From Cystobasidiomycetes sp. EMM_F5 (lineage: Eukaryota), in contig JBPGPT010000007.1 in the NCBI GenBank assembly GCA_051047955.1, positions 434,001 to 498,000 of the forward strand: a stretch of DNA of 64,000 nucleotides. Reading direction: 5' to 3'. Below, in pieces: positions 12,001-24,961 of this stretch. The position numbers and the translations under genes were made by a program. The notes under the pieces were generated by a model that did not search any database, was not told where the DNA came from, and saw only the letters and a list, made by a program, of their open reading frames with translations. Position 1 is the stretch's first letter. Every line of letters starts with the position of its first letter.

Positions 12001-13350
12001 CCTCCCAAGCCGTCGCGATATCTGTCCGTTGACGTGCTCAGCATTCGCGGCAATTATGCAGTGACGCTCAAGCCTGCTGAAAGCGGTATCTTCTACTCGA
12101 CCGAGTTGCTCTGTATCGTCACGCGATCGAAGCAGGGCGGACTGGTAGAAACGCAACTGACGATATGGCGCGGCAAACACTCAGTGCCTCGCCTCCAGGA
12201 TAGCGAGGAGGAAGCTAAGATTGATGAGCTGAAGAGGCGGTACCGCACATCCTGCACCACCGTGGTTCAAGGGTGCGAGGGAGATGCGCTTGTTCATGCA
12301 CTTGGTGGAAGACTGGTCATCCGCCATGGCACGCGTGCAGCGTTTGATATTCTCAATACCACCCTGTATCGCGTACAAAGTGTGCCAAACGACGGTGTGA
12401 TCATCGACGAAGTGGACCTGGTAGGTCTGATCAGAGGGCATAAGCACTTGACTGAGACTGAGAACCGTCCTCTACGTAGCAAACAAGCTCGCTGTGTTCA
12501 GCTTACTCATACGTAGCTTCAGTATACGAAGATCTTTTTGTGTGGCATGGTCGAGGAGCGACGCAGCGGGAGCGAAATGCAGCTCTTCATCTGACTATGG
12601 AGCTGGCTCAGGATAGCGAGAGCGGGACTCGAGATATATCCGAAATTGACGAAGGCAACGAGCCCGCCTTTTTCAGGGAAATTTTAGGAGAAGGTGATTA
12701 CGCCTCAGCAAACGTGGGTTCGGACTGCCGATTCGAACAGCGTTTGTGGGGAAGCCTGATGTGTCATCTGCAGCACTGGCGTTTCCGTAGAGCCAGCGGA
12801 AGTCCGCAGAGCACTCACTTGTATACGGTCGTTGCCGATTCTGTTCCTATAATTTGCTACGCAGGTGACCAGACATTGGAGCATTTGCCGAAGGACTCAA
12901 TCATCCTGATCCGCGCGCCGCTCGAGCTCTACATCATTGTCCCGCCAAATATGCGCCACGATCGGACAAGCATCGCGCTTGCCCTAAATGTGGCCTCAAG
13001 ATTGTCACATAGACTACAAGACGCCGGTGCCCCATTTCGTCCGCCCATGCATGCTCTTGTCATGCCCAGTCTTGTTCCATGCGATCTTGCAGCTTGTTTC
13101 AGATCGTCAATTCTGCAGGAAGCAGTACGTAGAATACTTTTGAATGACAAGTATGGCAGGCTCACTAAAGATCATTAAGCAGAATCATATGCCTGGATCA
13201 TTCACTATGAACACGCAGCCGCCATCAACAATGAATGTCATGGACCTGGAGACAGGACAGCTACACCTCGCTCGTACGACCTTCGAACACGAAGAAGTGG
13301 AAGACATCGACCTTCTTCCACTCGGTATCGCTCCTCACATGCTTTCGTGA
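9072..13350 (+). CDS. Protein with a long S/P-rich N-terminus and C-terminal gelsolin/villin-like repeats (spliced)
   Basis: 947-aa ORF plus downstream exons with gelsolin-like motifs LTIWRGK, TTVVQGCE, WHGRGATQRER and IDEGNEPAFF. GT-AG introns link the ORFs. Confidence 0.7.
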
Positions 13351-13530
13351 CCTCCCCTGATTCTGACTGACACGCTTGCGGGCCGGTCTCAGTCCGCTTT
13401 CCATCCGTCAACTGCGAGCAACAAAGAATCTGGCGACGGAGGGTTAGCAGGCCACTAACAGCCCGGCATACCAGTATAACGACCATTGAGGACGTCACTG
13501 GATGCCGAAATCGGTGTCGCACTTCCCGAC

Positions 13531-15760
13531 ATGAGTATGGCACACCGTCCCTGGCGGACAATTCTATCGCCATGGCTACTGTTCGCCGCCGCATTAGTGC
13601 CTGATGCATTGGCGGCCCCCGCCGAGTGTACTGCAGACGGATTTAAGTGGTAAGTCAATGTCTAAATGCGGACGATGTTTCGCGTGAATCAGCTGAATGG
13701 TTCCACAGGTCATATAACGCTCAGGGGCAATCGCCGTGTGCAGTCGCATCAGCTTTAAACGAAGTCTGCGGTGATGCAGCTTGGGGTACTCTACCGCCAG
13801 GGGCGTTGATGTTTGGTGAGATGAATTGTAAATCACGGTGGCATGACTAAACATGGCTTTTCGGTGTTGTCTGGTATGCACAGGCGGTCCAACCAAGCAA
13901 GATGACTGCCAGTGCAATCTGGTACATTACAATCTTCTGCGGGTGAGTCATCACTGCGAGATCAGTTTTGCAAGAAGCTCAATTTGAGAGTGGATGTAGG
14001 TTTGCGCAATGTGTCAGGGCAATCCTACCAACAACATTAACATCGAGAACTTCAAAAATTGGGCAGTCCACTGCAATTCCCAGACTGTGGTCAATTTTCC
14101 GAAGCCCCTGCCAGGCGGAACTTCAATCCCAGGATGGGCCAACAAGGGTGACGCAAATGGCGACTTCGACTTCGACGCAGCCAAAGGTGCAGGCTCTCCA
14201 CCTCCTGTCTCTTCTGCTGCCTCGTCCGCGGCACCTGCAAGCAAGGCTCCTCCAGCCCCGACCACTCAGCACCCAACTTCCGTCGCTCAAGTTCACATCA
14301 GCCAACCGCAGGTTGTCAAGTCTTCAGCAAATGCGCCTTTGTCAATCACGTCAGCCTCCACGTCATTTTCATCGTCGTCGAAATCGGCTCCTGCCTTGAC
14401 CTCCTCCTCCTCCTTCTCATCATCATCATCATCATCATCATCATCAGTCCGCACCACGACGGAAGCTGACAAGACAGCATTGGAAGGAACGAGCACAACA
14501 CTTGAAAACGATAAGGACTCCAGCACCACGCGTACTCGTCAGCAAAGTAGTGCGACAGAAACAGATTCCAGCCTAGTATCAACTTCGACACAGCCTGACA
14601 GTGCATCCCAGACAAGCACTTCCATAGGCGATGACGATGACAATGAAGGTAGAACCACATTGAGTGACGGTGCTGCAATCACCACAGAGATGGCGGATGG
14701 AAGTGTCGTCACCGCTGCGGATGGCTCGCTGCCATTTCAGACACTGCCATCGGACGCAACGAAGACTACCACTTCGACTTCAAATGCCACTAGCACCAAG
14801 TCGGCGACGTCCACAACCGACAAGAATGGTGCACCTATGCCATCTCTTACCGGCGGGTTCGATCTGTTGCACCCTGGAGATCCACTTCCCAGCGAGGTTG
14901 TGGCAGCCCTGCCTGAGGAGGCCAAGCACATTGCAACAATTGCCGGAGGAGTCTGCGGCGCTGTGGCGGCTATCGGAATTTTGGCAGGGCTTGGGTTTTG
15001 GTACAGGAGGAAACAAGTGCGGGGGGATGGCGAATCATTTATACAGATGCCAGAGAAGGAGCAGGACGAGTTCCGCGGTATTCCTCCGGTACAGGAAGCG
15101 AGCAGCTTGATCAATCCGTTCGCCAAATTAGGCGCCGTAGGCAATGTGAGTCACATCTGAAATGGCATGGGTCCGAGCGCAGCTAATGTGGGCAACCGGT
15201 TTTAGCAAATACTCGCGAAAGTCAGAAGGCCAAAGACAATTATGTCATTCTTCGGCGCTGCGCGAGAGTCCTCAATGCCACCACTGCCTCCTGTTCCGCA
15301 GCAGTTTATAGATGAGAATGAGATCCCGGCTGCTGCCAATACAGCCAACTATCTCACTGACGCCGATCATGCTCATGAAGAGCTGTACTTTGATGAAGAC
15401 GCACATGTTCCGGCGGATGCGAGGGAAATGCATGCGGCATCGTACTACTCCGATGCCGCTGCGAATGGGTCAATTTACCCGCGTGATCTCGAGGATGATG
15501 CACAATCGCGATACGTTTACGATGAGGACGCTCAATCTCAGTTTCCTCCTCAAAGTTTCTTAGCCAGCGATCCATATGCCGGCGGTAATTCAGCGTATGG
15601 CGCAAGTTACGCCTCGCAGGAATTCCCTCCTCCGCCTGACAGCGGCATACCCATACACTTCACGCTATCTCGCAATGCTGGTCCGCTCAAGGGATTCCAG
15701 CCCCCGTCTGGGAGGGCATCGGTCGCGACCACAGTCATGCGAAAGAAAGACTGGATATAA
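13531..15760 (+). CDS. Type I membrane protein: signal peptide, Cys-rich domain, S/T-rich stalk, TM helix, cytoplasmic tail (spliced)
   Basis: Signal-like WLLFAAALVPDALA; Cys-rich ECTADGFKW|SYNAQGQSPCAVASALNEVC...DCQCNLVHYNLL...CAMCQ...WAVHC; S/T-rich stalk; TM IAGGVCGAVAAIGILAGLGFWYRRK. Confidence 0.75.
14417..14446. repeat. (TCA)n coding microsatellite (poly-Ser)
   Basis: About ten TCA units in the S/T stalk. Confidence 0.9.
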
Positions 15761-16081
15761 TGTTCTTACTGTTGTCCATGCTATGACTTCCGTTGAGTGC
15801 GGCTTTAATGACATGCATGCGGCGTCATTTCGAAAGTTCGATCTCTGACGTTCTGTCCCCACGTCGTAAAGAAGGTCCGCCCGCAATACTCGGTGGAGAT
15901 GAAGATCGAACGGCATTCGGCCGCACATCCCCTTGTCTAACCAAAATGTCACTACACAGTGCTGACCTTTGTCGAAATCCGCTTGATAGCCGGTCGTACC
16001 TCGAGTACAGTACACCGACAAACCTCAATTGAGGGGTTTCTACTCTTTGCATAGTAAGCTTGATCACGTCTGGGACTGGCC

Positions 16082-17325
16082 ATGCGCTTGGCATCAAAGC
16101 ATACTCTCGCTCATTTTAGGTATACCAAACGTCGGATACTGCATGGATTGGGCATATACCGGAAGCGCCAGTCGTCCTCGTCATCCTCCTCATCGTCGAG
16201 CAATGCTCAGCTGCCCGCCGACAAAGATGCAGCGAAGGATGCGGCGTACGTGACTTGCGCTCGTACCCCATCGGACCCGTTCGCTGACCCTATTGACACA
16301 GTGACAATGTGGATGTGTCTACAGTCAATGTCGTGACCACAATCGTTTCTGTCCCTTCTTCAGACAACCGCTCATCCTCCACATCTTCATCGTCCGACTC
16401 CGATGACTCGTCAACTTCAGACCCACTTAGACCATCTGCATCATCTGCACCTGACTCCGATTCCGAAACCTCCAGCACTAGCTCTTCCACATCATCTAGT
16501 ACCGACTTGGATTCCACCTCGTCAACAAGCTCATCAACCTCTACCGGCAAGCCATCAACTTCGATGAGCTCGGACGATCCCGCTAATCCAACACGCACGA
16601 GATCAACACGTCCTCTTAGCATGACGCATGGGCCGACGAGAACGAAAGGCTTTGCTGGACCGTCATCAACCGCTTCCGTTGCAGACGACAACTCCGTCGG
16701 AGGACCGTCGAAAGCAGGTAAAATCGCAGGCATCGTCATAGGTGTCGTAGGAGCCTGTCTTCTAGTCATGGTAATCTCGGCCTACGTACGTCGATGGCGC
16801 AATAGAAAGATGCTTAGAGATTCAGAGACATCCGCTCTCAAGGCACCACCTTCCGAGTTTGGTGATTCTGCTCCACCTACTGCCGTCCCATCTGTGCGTG
16901 GCTCTGTTGATGAAGGGAAGTCTGGTCCAGTGTGGCAGAATCAGCCCCTTGTACCGCCGCTCCCCGCAGCATATCAGAACAGCAGAAGCGCCACTCCACC
17001 CGTAACATTCCCGCAACCAGCGCATGCCTCATTGAGGCATAACTCTCGTCCCCACAGTCTCGACGATATACCTCCAGCAGTGAGTCGCAATATGGCTCCA
17101 ACAGCCATCGAGATGCGTGGAGGCGACAGGACCTTTTCACGTCCGTCCTCCGAGATGATATTGAATGCAGGGCCCGGCGATGATCCTACCAGAGCGTCAG
17201 TGTATTATGATGGACAGGGATTGGGAGGCCGGAAACCCATGCCGGCTCGTCACAACTCGTACGCATCGACAAAATATGAAGCACTTCAGGAGACTACAGA
17301 AGGAAGGAATTATTCATACATATGA
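16082..17325 (+). CDS. S/T-rich single-pass membrane protein (Mid2/mucin-like; one intron at ~16246-16301)
   Basis: ORF 16082 joins ORF 16309 via gtacgt...gctgac...acag in frame. It has an S/T stalk and TM IAGIVIGVVGACLLVMVISAYVRRWR. Confidence 0.7.
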
Positions 17326-17432
17326 TGCAGATACTACAAATGACTGAATACGGTAATTAGTGCTGGACCTTTGCTGCGCGATTCCCCGTTGTTTACTTCG
17401 TCTGCCCTGCATCGTCGCAGGGTCACTATCAT

Positions 17433-20400
17433 TTATAGAAAGCCACTATCCTCCACTGCATCTTCCGTGAGAGCGTATTGTGACGCGAGGAGATGATAGT
17501 GTCGATTCATCATATTTCGGGTGTCAGAGAATCCTTGAATACAGGCTGCAAGCTCCAAGGCAGTTTCACACCAATCTACGCAAAACGTTAGCAAGGCTAT
17601 TTTGGGTCACTGAGGCGGACACTGACAGGCAGCGGCAGACGGCTCGAAAGGAAATATGTCCACGCCGACGTTCCAGCAGCTCGTCGCCAGCCACTCGACC
17701 TCTGCGCGTGGATATACCTTTCGAGTAGACTGTCAGACCTACGTATTTCTGAACCAGCAGTAGTATGCCCACCTTTCCGACCTTGCGGATGTAACTCAAA
17801 GCCGAGTTGACGTGTTCAGCCGCGTGCTCTCGATCTCCCCGGTCCAAACTCGATCTAGACGACACGACGTTCGCAATAATTCCGTAGGCGCCCTGTCAGA
17901 AGAGGTCACTCACGCAACTATGGCCCGAACAAACTTCGAGATCTTTGTTCTGCGTAGTTGCTAGTCAGCGTTGGAAGCAGCATTCCGTCTGATACGACAC
18001 ACGGGTCTGCAGCAGTACTTTGCATGCGCTCCATTACTGCCTGTGTCATCTGATTGGTCAGCTCGCCATGAACAGAAATGGCAATGTGCTCACCTCCAGA
18101 GCCTTTGTCACGACTGGTCTCAGCGTGGCATCTGTCAGTGCAGTATCCTCTCTCAGCTCGTTAGCAGCACTCTCGTACCGCTAGATGGGCAGGCCGCCTT
18201 TTTGCAAGCTGCGTCAGCCGCTTTCTGGAAGAACGCCAGAGCTGTGCCGCCTTCCATGCCGGCAGCAAGCAAAGACTCTGCTTCATTCCAATCCTCAAGA
18301 CGAAGCGATATTTCGAAACATGCGGCCATACAAGCCGCCTCTATCTCGCACAAATCATTTGAACTGTGCGCATGCCGTATGCGTACAAGCAGCTCCTTGG
18401 CATCCAGCATAAGCGAGTTTTGAACTTCGGGACCCTGTTTGTGTTACAGCCGATTATCATTGTGTGAATACCGTGCTGTTGGAATCACGCACCCGCGAAT
18501 CACTCGTACTGATCTGATGCATCAGAGTAGCGACCTTTATGACGATTACATCGTTTTCGCTGGGAAAGTCGGCACGGTAATGATGATCGGCGCACTTCCC
18601 GTATGCTGAGGTCGCCTCAGCAATGTCTGCTGCAATGCTATGCGCCCTGCAAATTCTGGTAGCGTCGTTGATCCCAAATTCTGACAAGCAGAACTTGATC
18701 GCTGGCCAGTCGATCAGCTATAGAGCCATCAATGTATAGAGCGAGAGTCGGGCTTACCGTGCCTGTAGATCCATAATACATCAGCAGCCTGGCTAGCGTC
18801 GTAGACCATACCATTAATGATCCTCTGTGCGCTGGCGAAGTGATCTAGTACGATATCGAAAGCTGCATGCGCGCTTTCGTTTCCTGCAGGTTGATATTCA
18901 TCGATGGCTATTCTCAATAGCGAGCTGTGAACACGTTTCAGCCTATGTGACATGTTGTGTGAGCTAAGTAACGGTACCGCAAAATAATGCAGCTCCCCAA
19001 CCGCTCTGATTCGCTACTTTGCCTTTCGCCGAATCGCAACGTTTCCGTCAGTACGTAAATCACCAGACCGGTCAATCCTAGTTCTTGAGCTTGCTTTGCA
19101 GCCCATAGCAGCATTTCGATAGCAAAGTCAGGGGAGGATACCATGGCTCTTATCGCACGTTTCGCTAAGATCGCAATGTGAATGATATGAGCGTATGACG
19201 CATACCGTACACGCGATGACCGACCTTCGTTGTCAGCGCCTTCTTGGTGCAGGGCACAAAGGTAGAGTACGTAATGATCGCTCGCGCTGTTGTTGACATG
19301 TCGGTGAAGTAACTGCTGTGCTTCAATAACGTTGTGTGCACGAAGAAGACAGAGCGCAGCTTTACGGCGAGCCTTCGAAAAATTGGATTTACCCAACGCT
19401 GCAAAAGCAGCGTCTGTCGATGTGATATACCACCTTGCAGCGGCTTGGAAGTCGCCTGCGACGTAAGTGGTATCGCCATATTTCCAGATTAGACTCTGGC
19501 AGACGAACGCCGCTTCAGGTGCCAGCTGTATTTCGTCAGCTGAAGGTGTGGTCTTAGATAGATCGATCGGTCGCGTCCGATGCGATTTTTAGCAGACCTA
19601 CGGGCTTCATCCAGCGTGCGCAGGATATCGACAAGTATATCAAGATCCTGAGAAGATGGGGCGAGCCGCTGACAAATGGCTACTAAGCACAGATAAACCC
19701 AAGATTGTCCGCCATCTTGGCTACGAAGTAGCAGATGCTTCACGGTGTGTTTAAGGCAAGCCAGCAAGGATGCCTTCCTGTAACATTCCATAAGCTAATG
19801 ACTGCAGGTCTCGGTGGCCATGCCTACCTCGTTACCGGCAGTTGCAGAAGCTCCTTCAAGATGCCTGCTACTCCTGCTTCTGTGAGCTCGATGTCTTTCA
19901 TGCACGTTGCGATATCTGCCAAACAATGTTATCTTGCGCCAACCGAACCAGTAAGATTTGTCCTTACTAGAAATCAAGTCTGACTCAGTGGCATTGCGCT
20001 TGACCAGAAGCCTCATCTTGGTACGCCATAATTTGGAGTCATTCTCTTGCTTGAGTACTTCATTGATAGCCGCCTCAGCTTTCCTGAACGAATCTGATTG
20101 CGGGCGACTATCGATTTCGAGGTATGTTTGAGCTGTATGCATCATTGAAAATACAATCAATGGGATACGACGTCTAAAGAAGTATGGCGCTGACCTGTGG
20201 CCTTGATGGACTTGACCTGCTCCGTACCAACGTCAGCAAGCGAAATCAGGGATATATCATGGATGCCCACATAGAGAGTTTTGCATCTACCATGGGCTGG
20301 ACCCGGCAGGCGGCCGGGGAGAGGCTCAAGTATATCTTCCCGCTCGAGAAGGATAACAGCGCGTCTGAGCCATTCGCAAGCTCTTTGGGAACGAATTATG

Positions 20401-21567
20401 TGAGCACTGTCTTTCGGGTGCTCGACTGTGTTTGTAGCTGCTCCAGTCACACGAGAGCGGACACTCGACTTCTGAGCAGCCTCAGGCGCCTCATCCACAG
20501 CTTTGAAAGTACCCGTCGGCGAGTTACCCAAGATAGCCACGGCCACGCTGTAACATTCACTCGCGATATGCTCGATGTCACGCGCTGAGCAATCGAGTAG
20601 AAAAGTCTCCTCTGCAGTCGGTTATGTTATACATCTAATAGTGTTTTGCACATTGACGCACTCACTTGTGGCCTCTTTGATCATAAAGTCCGCCATCTGA
20701 TGATTCTGCTGTTTTTCCGCCTGAAAGTTGTGGTCAGGACGATCTCGCCTTCAATGACACCTTTATGTGAACAACCACTTGCCAACCTGACTCTGCAGAG
20801 ATAGTAATTTACAGAGAGTCTAGACCTTGCCGTCAAAGCGCCCGAGGCGATATCGTCCACGTTAGCTGGTTTGAGCTGCTGGAAGAGGACAGCTGCAAGC
20901 TCGCATGCCTCCTGCGCGTCTTTCAAGGAACTAGAAGCTGCATTACGCGCGAATATGTTAGGAGTGTTGTTATTAGCCAAATCTCAGCCCGACAGACCGC
21001 AAAGATCCTGAGTGGCCTTTATATACAGCTCGAGCAGGCGGGCACAATCTAACGATGAAGACCTCAGAAAGTCTGTCACGGCCACTATACTGTGCTTTGT
21101 CGCTGACCGAGGTTGTCGTCCCGACTTTCGGTTCCCAGATCAACGAGTCGGGCTGCAGCGAAACGTGCTGCAGAGGAGCCCTGCTCGTCAGAAGGGGCAC
21201 GCGCCGTGCTGACTCTCATATCCTTACTGATACCGACTAGGAGCAATTTATCGTCGTTCCCAGCTGTCTCATTAGTGTCGCTATTTTGTGTGAAGTACGC
21301 TTGCTTTAACGCAGTTGAGCGATTCCACAGCATGACCCCCTCTCGGTCCATACGATCCCTGTGTTGCTGAGATGATGAGCGCGTATCGTCATTGCTGAAA
21401 GGAGATGTATCGCGGCTCTCGGACCCCGCAACGGTCTTATTTGGTGGCAAAGACAACGCCTTTGCCGCAATTTCGTATGTGGATATTCTCTGCAAAAGTG
21501 TTCGGAGATGGTGAATGGAATCTGTATGCATCGGATACACGTATAGCGAATCAGCAGCAGCGGACAT
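17433..21567 (-). CDS. SPO22: Meiosis-specific TPR protein SPO22/ZIP4 (TEX11 family; many introns)
   Basis: N-terminal DREGVMLWNRST, helical TPR-like exons, and C-terminal YPRAEVEWLATSCWNVGVD...WCETALEL, all characteristic of Zip4/Tex11. Confidence 0.75.
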
Positions 21568-21959
21568 CAGCCCGATTCTGATAAGTCTGAAAAGTCTCAC
21601 CGCGAATAGTCGCATGGTCCGGTACGGCGGTGTGAATATGTGCGACTGCCTCGAGGCCCGCGAGCAGTTGCGTATAGGCTTCCTTGCCAGCTTCTACCTT
21701 CTTGTGTTTGTTCTTGTCGCGCTTCATGGCTGCCTTGCGAAGATTTGTGGTTTTGGTCAGTCGACACGGAGGAAAGACATGTTTCGCCACCGGTACCACA
21801 AACAAGAGATGGGGAGGAAGATTAGATGTAGTCAGTCAACGTGGGTACAAGTAGAATGAGGGTTGACACGTTCGCACGACGTGATGACGAGCAGTCGGAT
21901 CCACGTTAGAGCGCGATAACCTGGCAAAATACAGATACAACACCTTGTGACGACTTTGT

Positions 21960-24399
21960 CTAATCTATTTGCGTAAATTGAGCACCCGCACTGACCAGCG
22001 GAGGAATGTTACCTGGAACCGCGATACTCCTCGGTGGCATTCCCGACCGATACGATCCTTCTGCGCCGTTTGTCATCATGCCCATCGCTCGCAGTCTGTC
22101 AACTTCGCTTTGAGCGACTTGCTCGCCTGCTCCTACGCGTCGACTAAGACCAGCAACTGCATCCAACTGCTTTTCGACACCTAGTCGCTCCATCTGTAGC
22201 ATCTGTTTAGCCATTTCAATTTGCCGTCGTTCAGCGTCCAGGCCGGCCTCTAGCGATTCAAACTGCTGCATCTTGAGTGTAAGCTTACTAACTTGCATCG
22301 AAACGAGAGCATGTATCTGCGAAGTGAGTTCGGTCGAAGTTTGTTGTGCGAGCAGGTGTGCTTTCGCCGCAGCGCTGGCAAGCGCAATCCCAGCTGAACG
22401 GTGTAGCTCCGATGATGATTTGGACGTAGATACTTCATTATTTGTATCTACAGCCATGCCGTTGACTTCGCCGTTGCTCAAATTTGGGTCACTCGCCGCG
22501 CCCGTTGTTGGATCGGTCGGTTCGCGGGCCTCATCTGCTTTCCGCTTCAGGTTATCGGTGAGCTCCTTTATACTATCATTTGCAGCCCTCGCGGCGACCT
22601 CGGGATCGACTACGCTTGCCAGGAAAGCGACAACGCTCAAAACCGGATGATCAGGTTGCGAGAATGGCAGTCGATCGACGCGACCGAGCAGCTGCGAAGG
22701 TCCCGGATGACCATTCGCGGAGCCACTAGACACGCCGCCTTCTGATACGAGGTACTGATCCTCTATTGGTAGTTGGAGAAAGTGAGATACGCATTCCTCG
22801 CGAGTACGGGTACCGACGTGTTCTGAGATCCGGTCCCAGTCGTCATTGAACAATTCCAATCCTTCTAGCAGTAAGAGGGTCTCTTGATCTTTCCAGGCCG
22901 CGCCATCTGCCACTGATCGCTTGTAAGCGGATCCATGCATCAAACGCACAAAGTCACCAGAGAAAAGATTTGAAGGGAAGCGTCCTTCTGAGTAGCAGTT
23001 CTGACAAATGTCGAAGCCATTGCTGTCGTCGCTAGATCGGCTGCGCCGAATAGTGTGATATCTGACGTCGGTACATTCTACTCCGCAAGTGTCACAAGAA
23101 TATCGCAGTGGCTCTGATCCAGATGCCATCGCTTGATCGACTCCGGATTGCGCCGTATCTGCTCCGTTCGTAGACGGCTTCGTCAAAGCATCTAGGGCGG
23201 CTTGCACACCATCTGTCTCGGAGATCGCCTTGACTGCTTTACCATCCGGACCAGACTGATATACGTCTTTTCTGATGGACAGATTAACAGAATCTGCCCG
23301 CTGGTGACTAGAAGAGCCAGGCATCGAAGAAAGCTGAGCCTTCAAAGCCTTCGTGCCGGGATGTAAGGGCTGCAGACCGCGTGGAGAATCTAGTAGCACG
23401 CGGAAGTGACCAGTGAAAGGAGGCCCCAGAGCCGACGGTCTAGTGTCTGCATCAATCTGCTTGCAACGTTAGCCGAGGCACATATGAATAATGTCGTGGG
23501 TTTACCTGATAATTGATCAATCCCCATTGCTCGAGGAAAGCGTGTACGCGCATTATGGCACAAACGTCACCAGCTAGATTTCGCCTACATGCCGTTACTG
23601 TGAGATATTCGGTGGGGTTTAAGCGATATGTATTGAGCATGAAGTCTCGGTATTCTTTGTATATTGTTGGCGTTTTCGACTTGTTCTTGCCGCTGAAGAA
23701 TTCTGGCAAGCTCTTTCGTTCGATTGTAGCAATCTTTGCAAAGTCGAACCAGGCAGAGTATGAGGGGATGATGACGGGATAGGTCTGCGCTGCAAGATAC
23801 CGCCGAGCCTCTTCTTCCACACGTCGCCTGGGGTCAATGCGATCTTTCATCACTATTTGAGGAGGGTTGGGCGGGAATGGCACAGCAGAGGGCGCTGTCT
23901 GCATTGATCCTGACCCGCTGGCTACTGCATTATTGGTTGATGAGTCTTCAGGCGCTTGAGACTTGCGAGCCGGAAAGCCTGGTGCAGCTTCTGTCGCCAA
24001 CGGAAGCTGCATGGACGAAGCTGAAGGTGTTGCATTTGATGTTTGCTCTACGGTATTTGAAGGTAACGACGCGCCTGCTATTGCATTATTGTTGGCTGCT
24101 TCGGCTGCTGCAGCGGCCTCGAGGTGGTCGTAGTTTACGAGCTCGCCCTTTTCGCGCCGCACGTCGTCTCCAGAGATGCCCACGACGTCCATTCCCGGTA
24201 TGTCGCCCGTTGGTACGTCCATTCTCTGCCGTTTCGCCTCAAACGGCAGTGATTCTGGCATAGCTGCAGCTGGCACTTCGACGCCCAGCTGTGGTGATGC
24301 GGACCGCTTTCGGCTGCCCTCAGCGCCGTAGAAGGACGCTGTAGGGGTCGGCATTGCTGGTGCGCCGGGCATTCCAGCAAAGGTCCGGCCATCTGCCAT
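21960..24399 (-). CDS. RSC8: SWI/SNF-RSC chromatin remodelling subunit (SWIRM + ZZ zinc finger + SANT)
   Basis: [14 protein letters not shown]...[51 protein letters not shown]...[24 protein letters not shown]...FLQLPIED. Confidence 0.93.
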
Positions 24400-24487
24400 C
24401 TTTGGTGTCGCGATATCCGATTGATGCGCTCCCAAGTTGCGCTCCAAACGTTGCTTTCGCTCAAACAGCCTGCATAATCAGCCCATC

Positions 24488-24961
24488 ATGGCAGCAGGTG
24501 CTCACTCTGGAGCAGCGGGCAGCTTCAGACCGAGCTTGCCAGGCGAGTCGCTGGGAATGCCGCTTCGTTGGGTCCCGGAGCGTCAAGCTGACCTGGCGTA
24601 TCACTGCAGGAGCGGGTCACAGATACCTCGCAAAGGCCCTAGGTACGCAGACGAGCACGAAAAGGCTACATGGCTGAATGCTAGCTGACTGCGTCCTTTC
24701 AGGCGCCTCTATGTGGTTCTTTAGTTCGTGCCGGACAAGGGCATTGCGGGACTTCCTCAGCTGACATGCTCATACCCTTACAGTCTTCTACAGAATGCGA
24801 AAGGACGGTCCCGCACTCATTGGGTTACGGTGCGCGAGCGATAACCTTGCATTTCCGCTCGTCTCGGCTCACATGTTTCGCTTGGTTGGAGCAGGCATCC
24901 ATGGGAAGGACACGGACACGCTGGAGGACACGGCGACGCGCATGGAGACAGTCATCATTGA
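24488..24961 (+). CDS. NDUFB2: Complex I accessory subunit NDUFB2 (AGGG)-like, 5 exons, ~73 aa; absent from the ORF track
   Basis: Exons 24488-24542, 24610-24642, 24703-24723, 24784-24829 and 24895-24961 give MAAGAHSGAAGSFRPSLPGAGHRYLAKALGASMWFFIFYRMRKDGPALIGLRHPWEGHGH...HH*, matching the fungal LGASMWFFIFYR..KDG..L.G.RHPW pattern. Confidence 0.85.

Noticed and set aside
24470..24506. Minus-strand intron-like signals upstream of RSC8
   Set aside because: Very short, and overlaps the first coding exon of the plus-strand NDUFB2-like gene, so probably coincidental.
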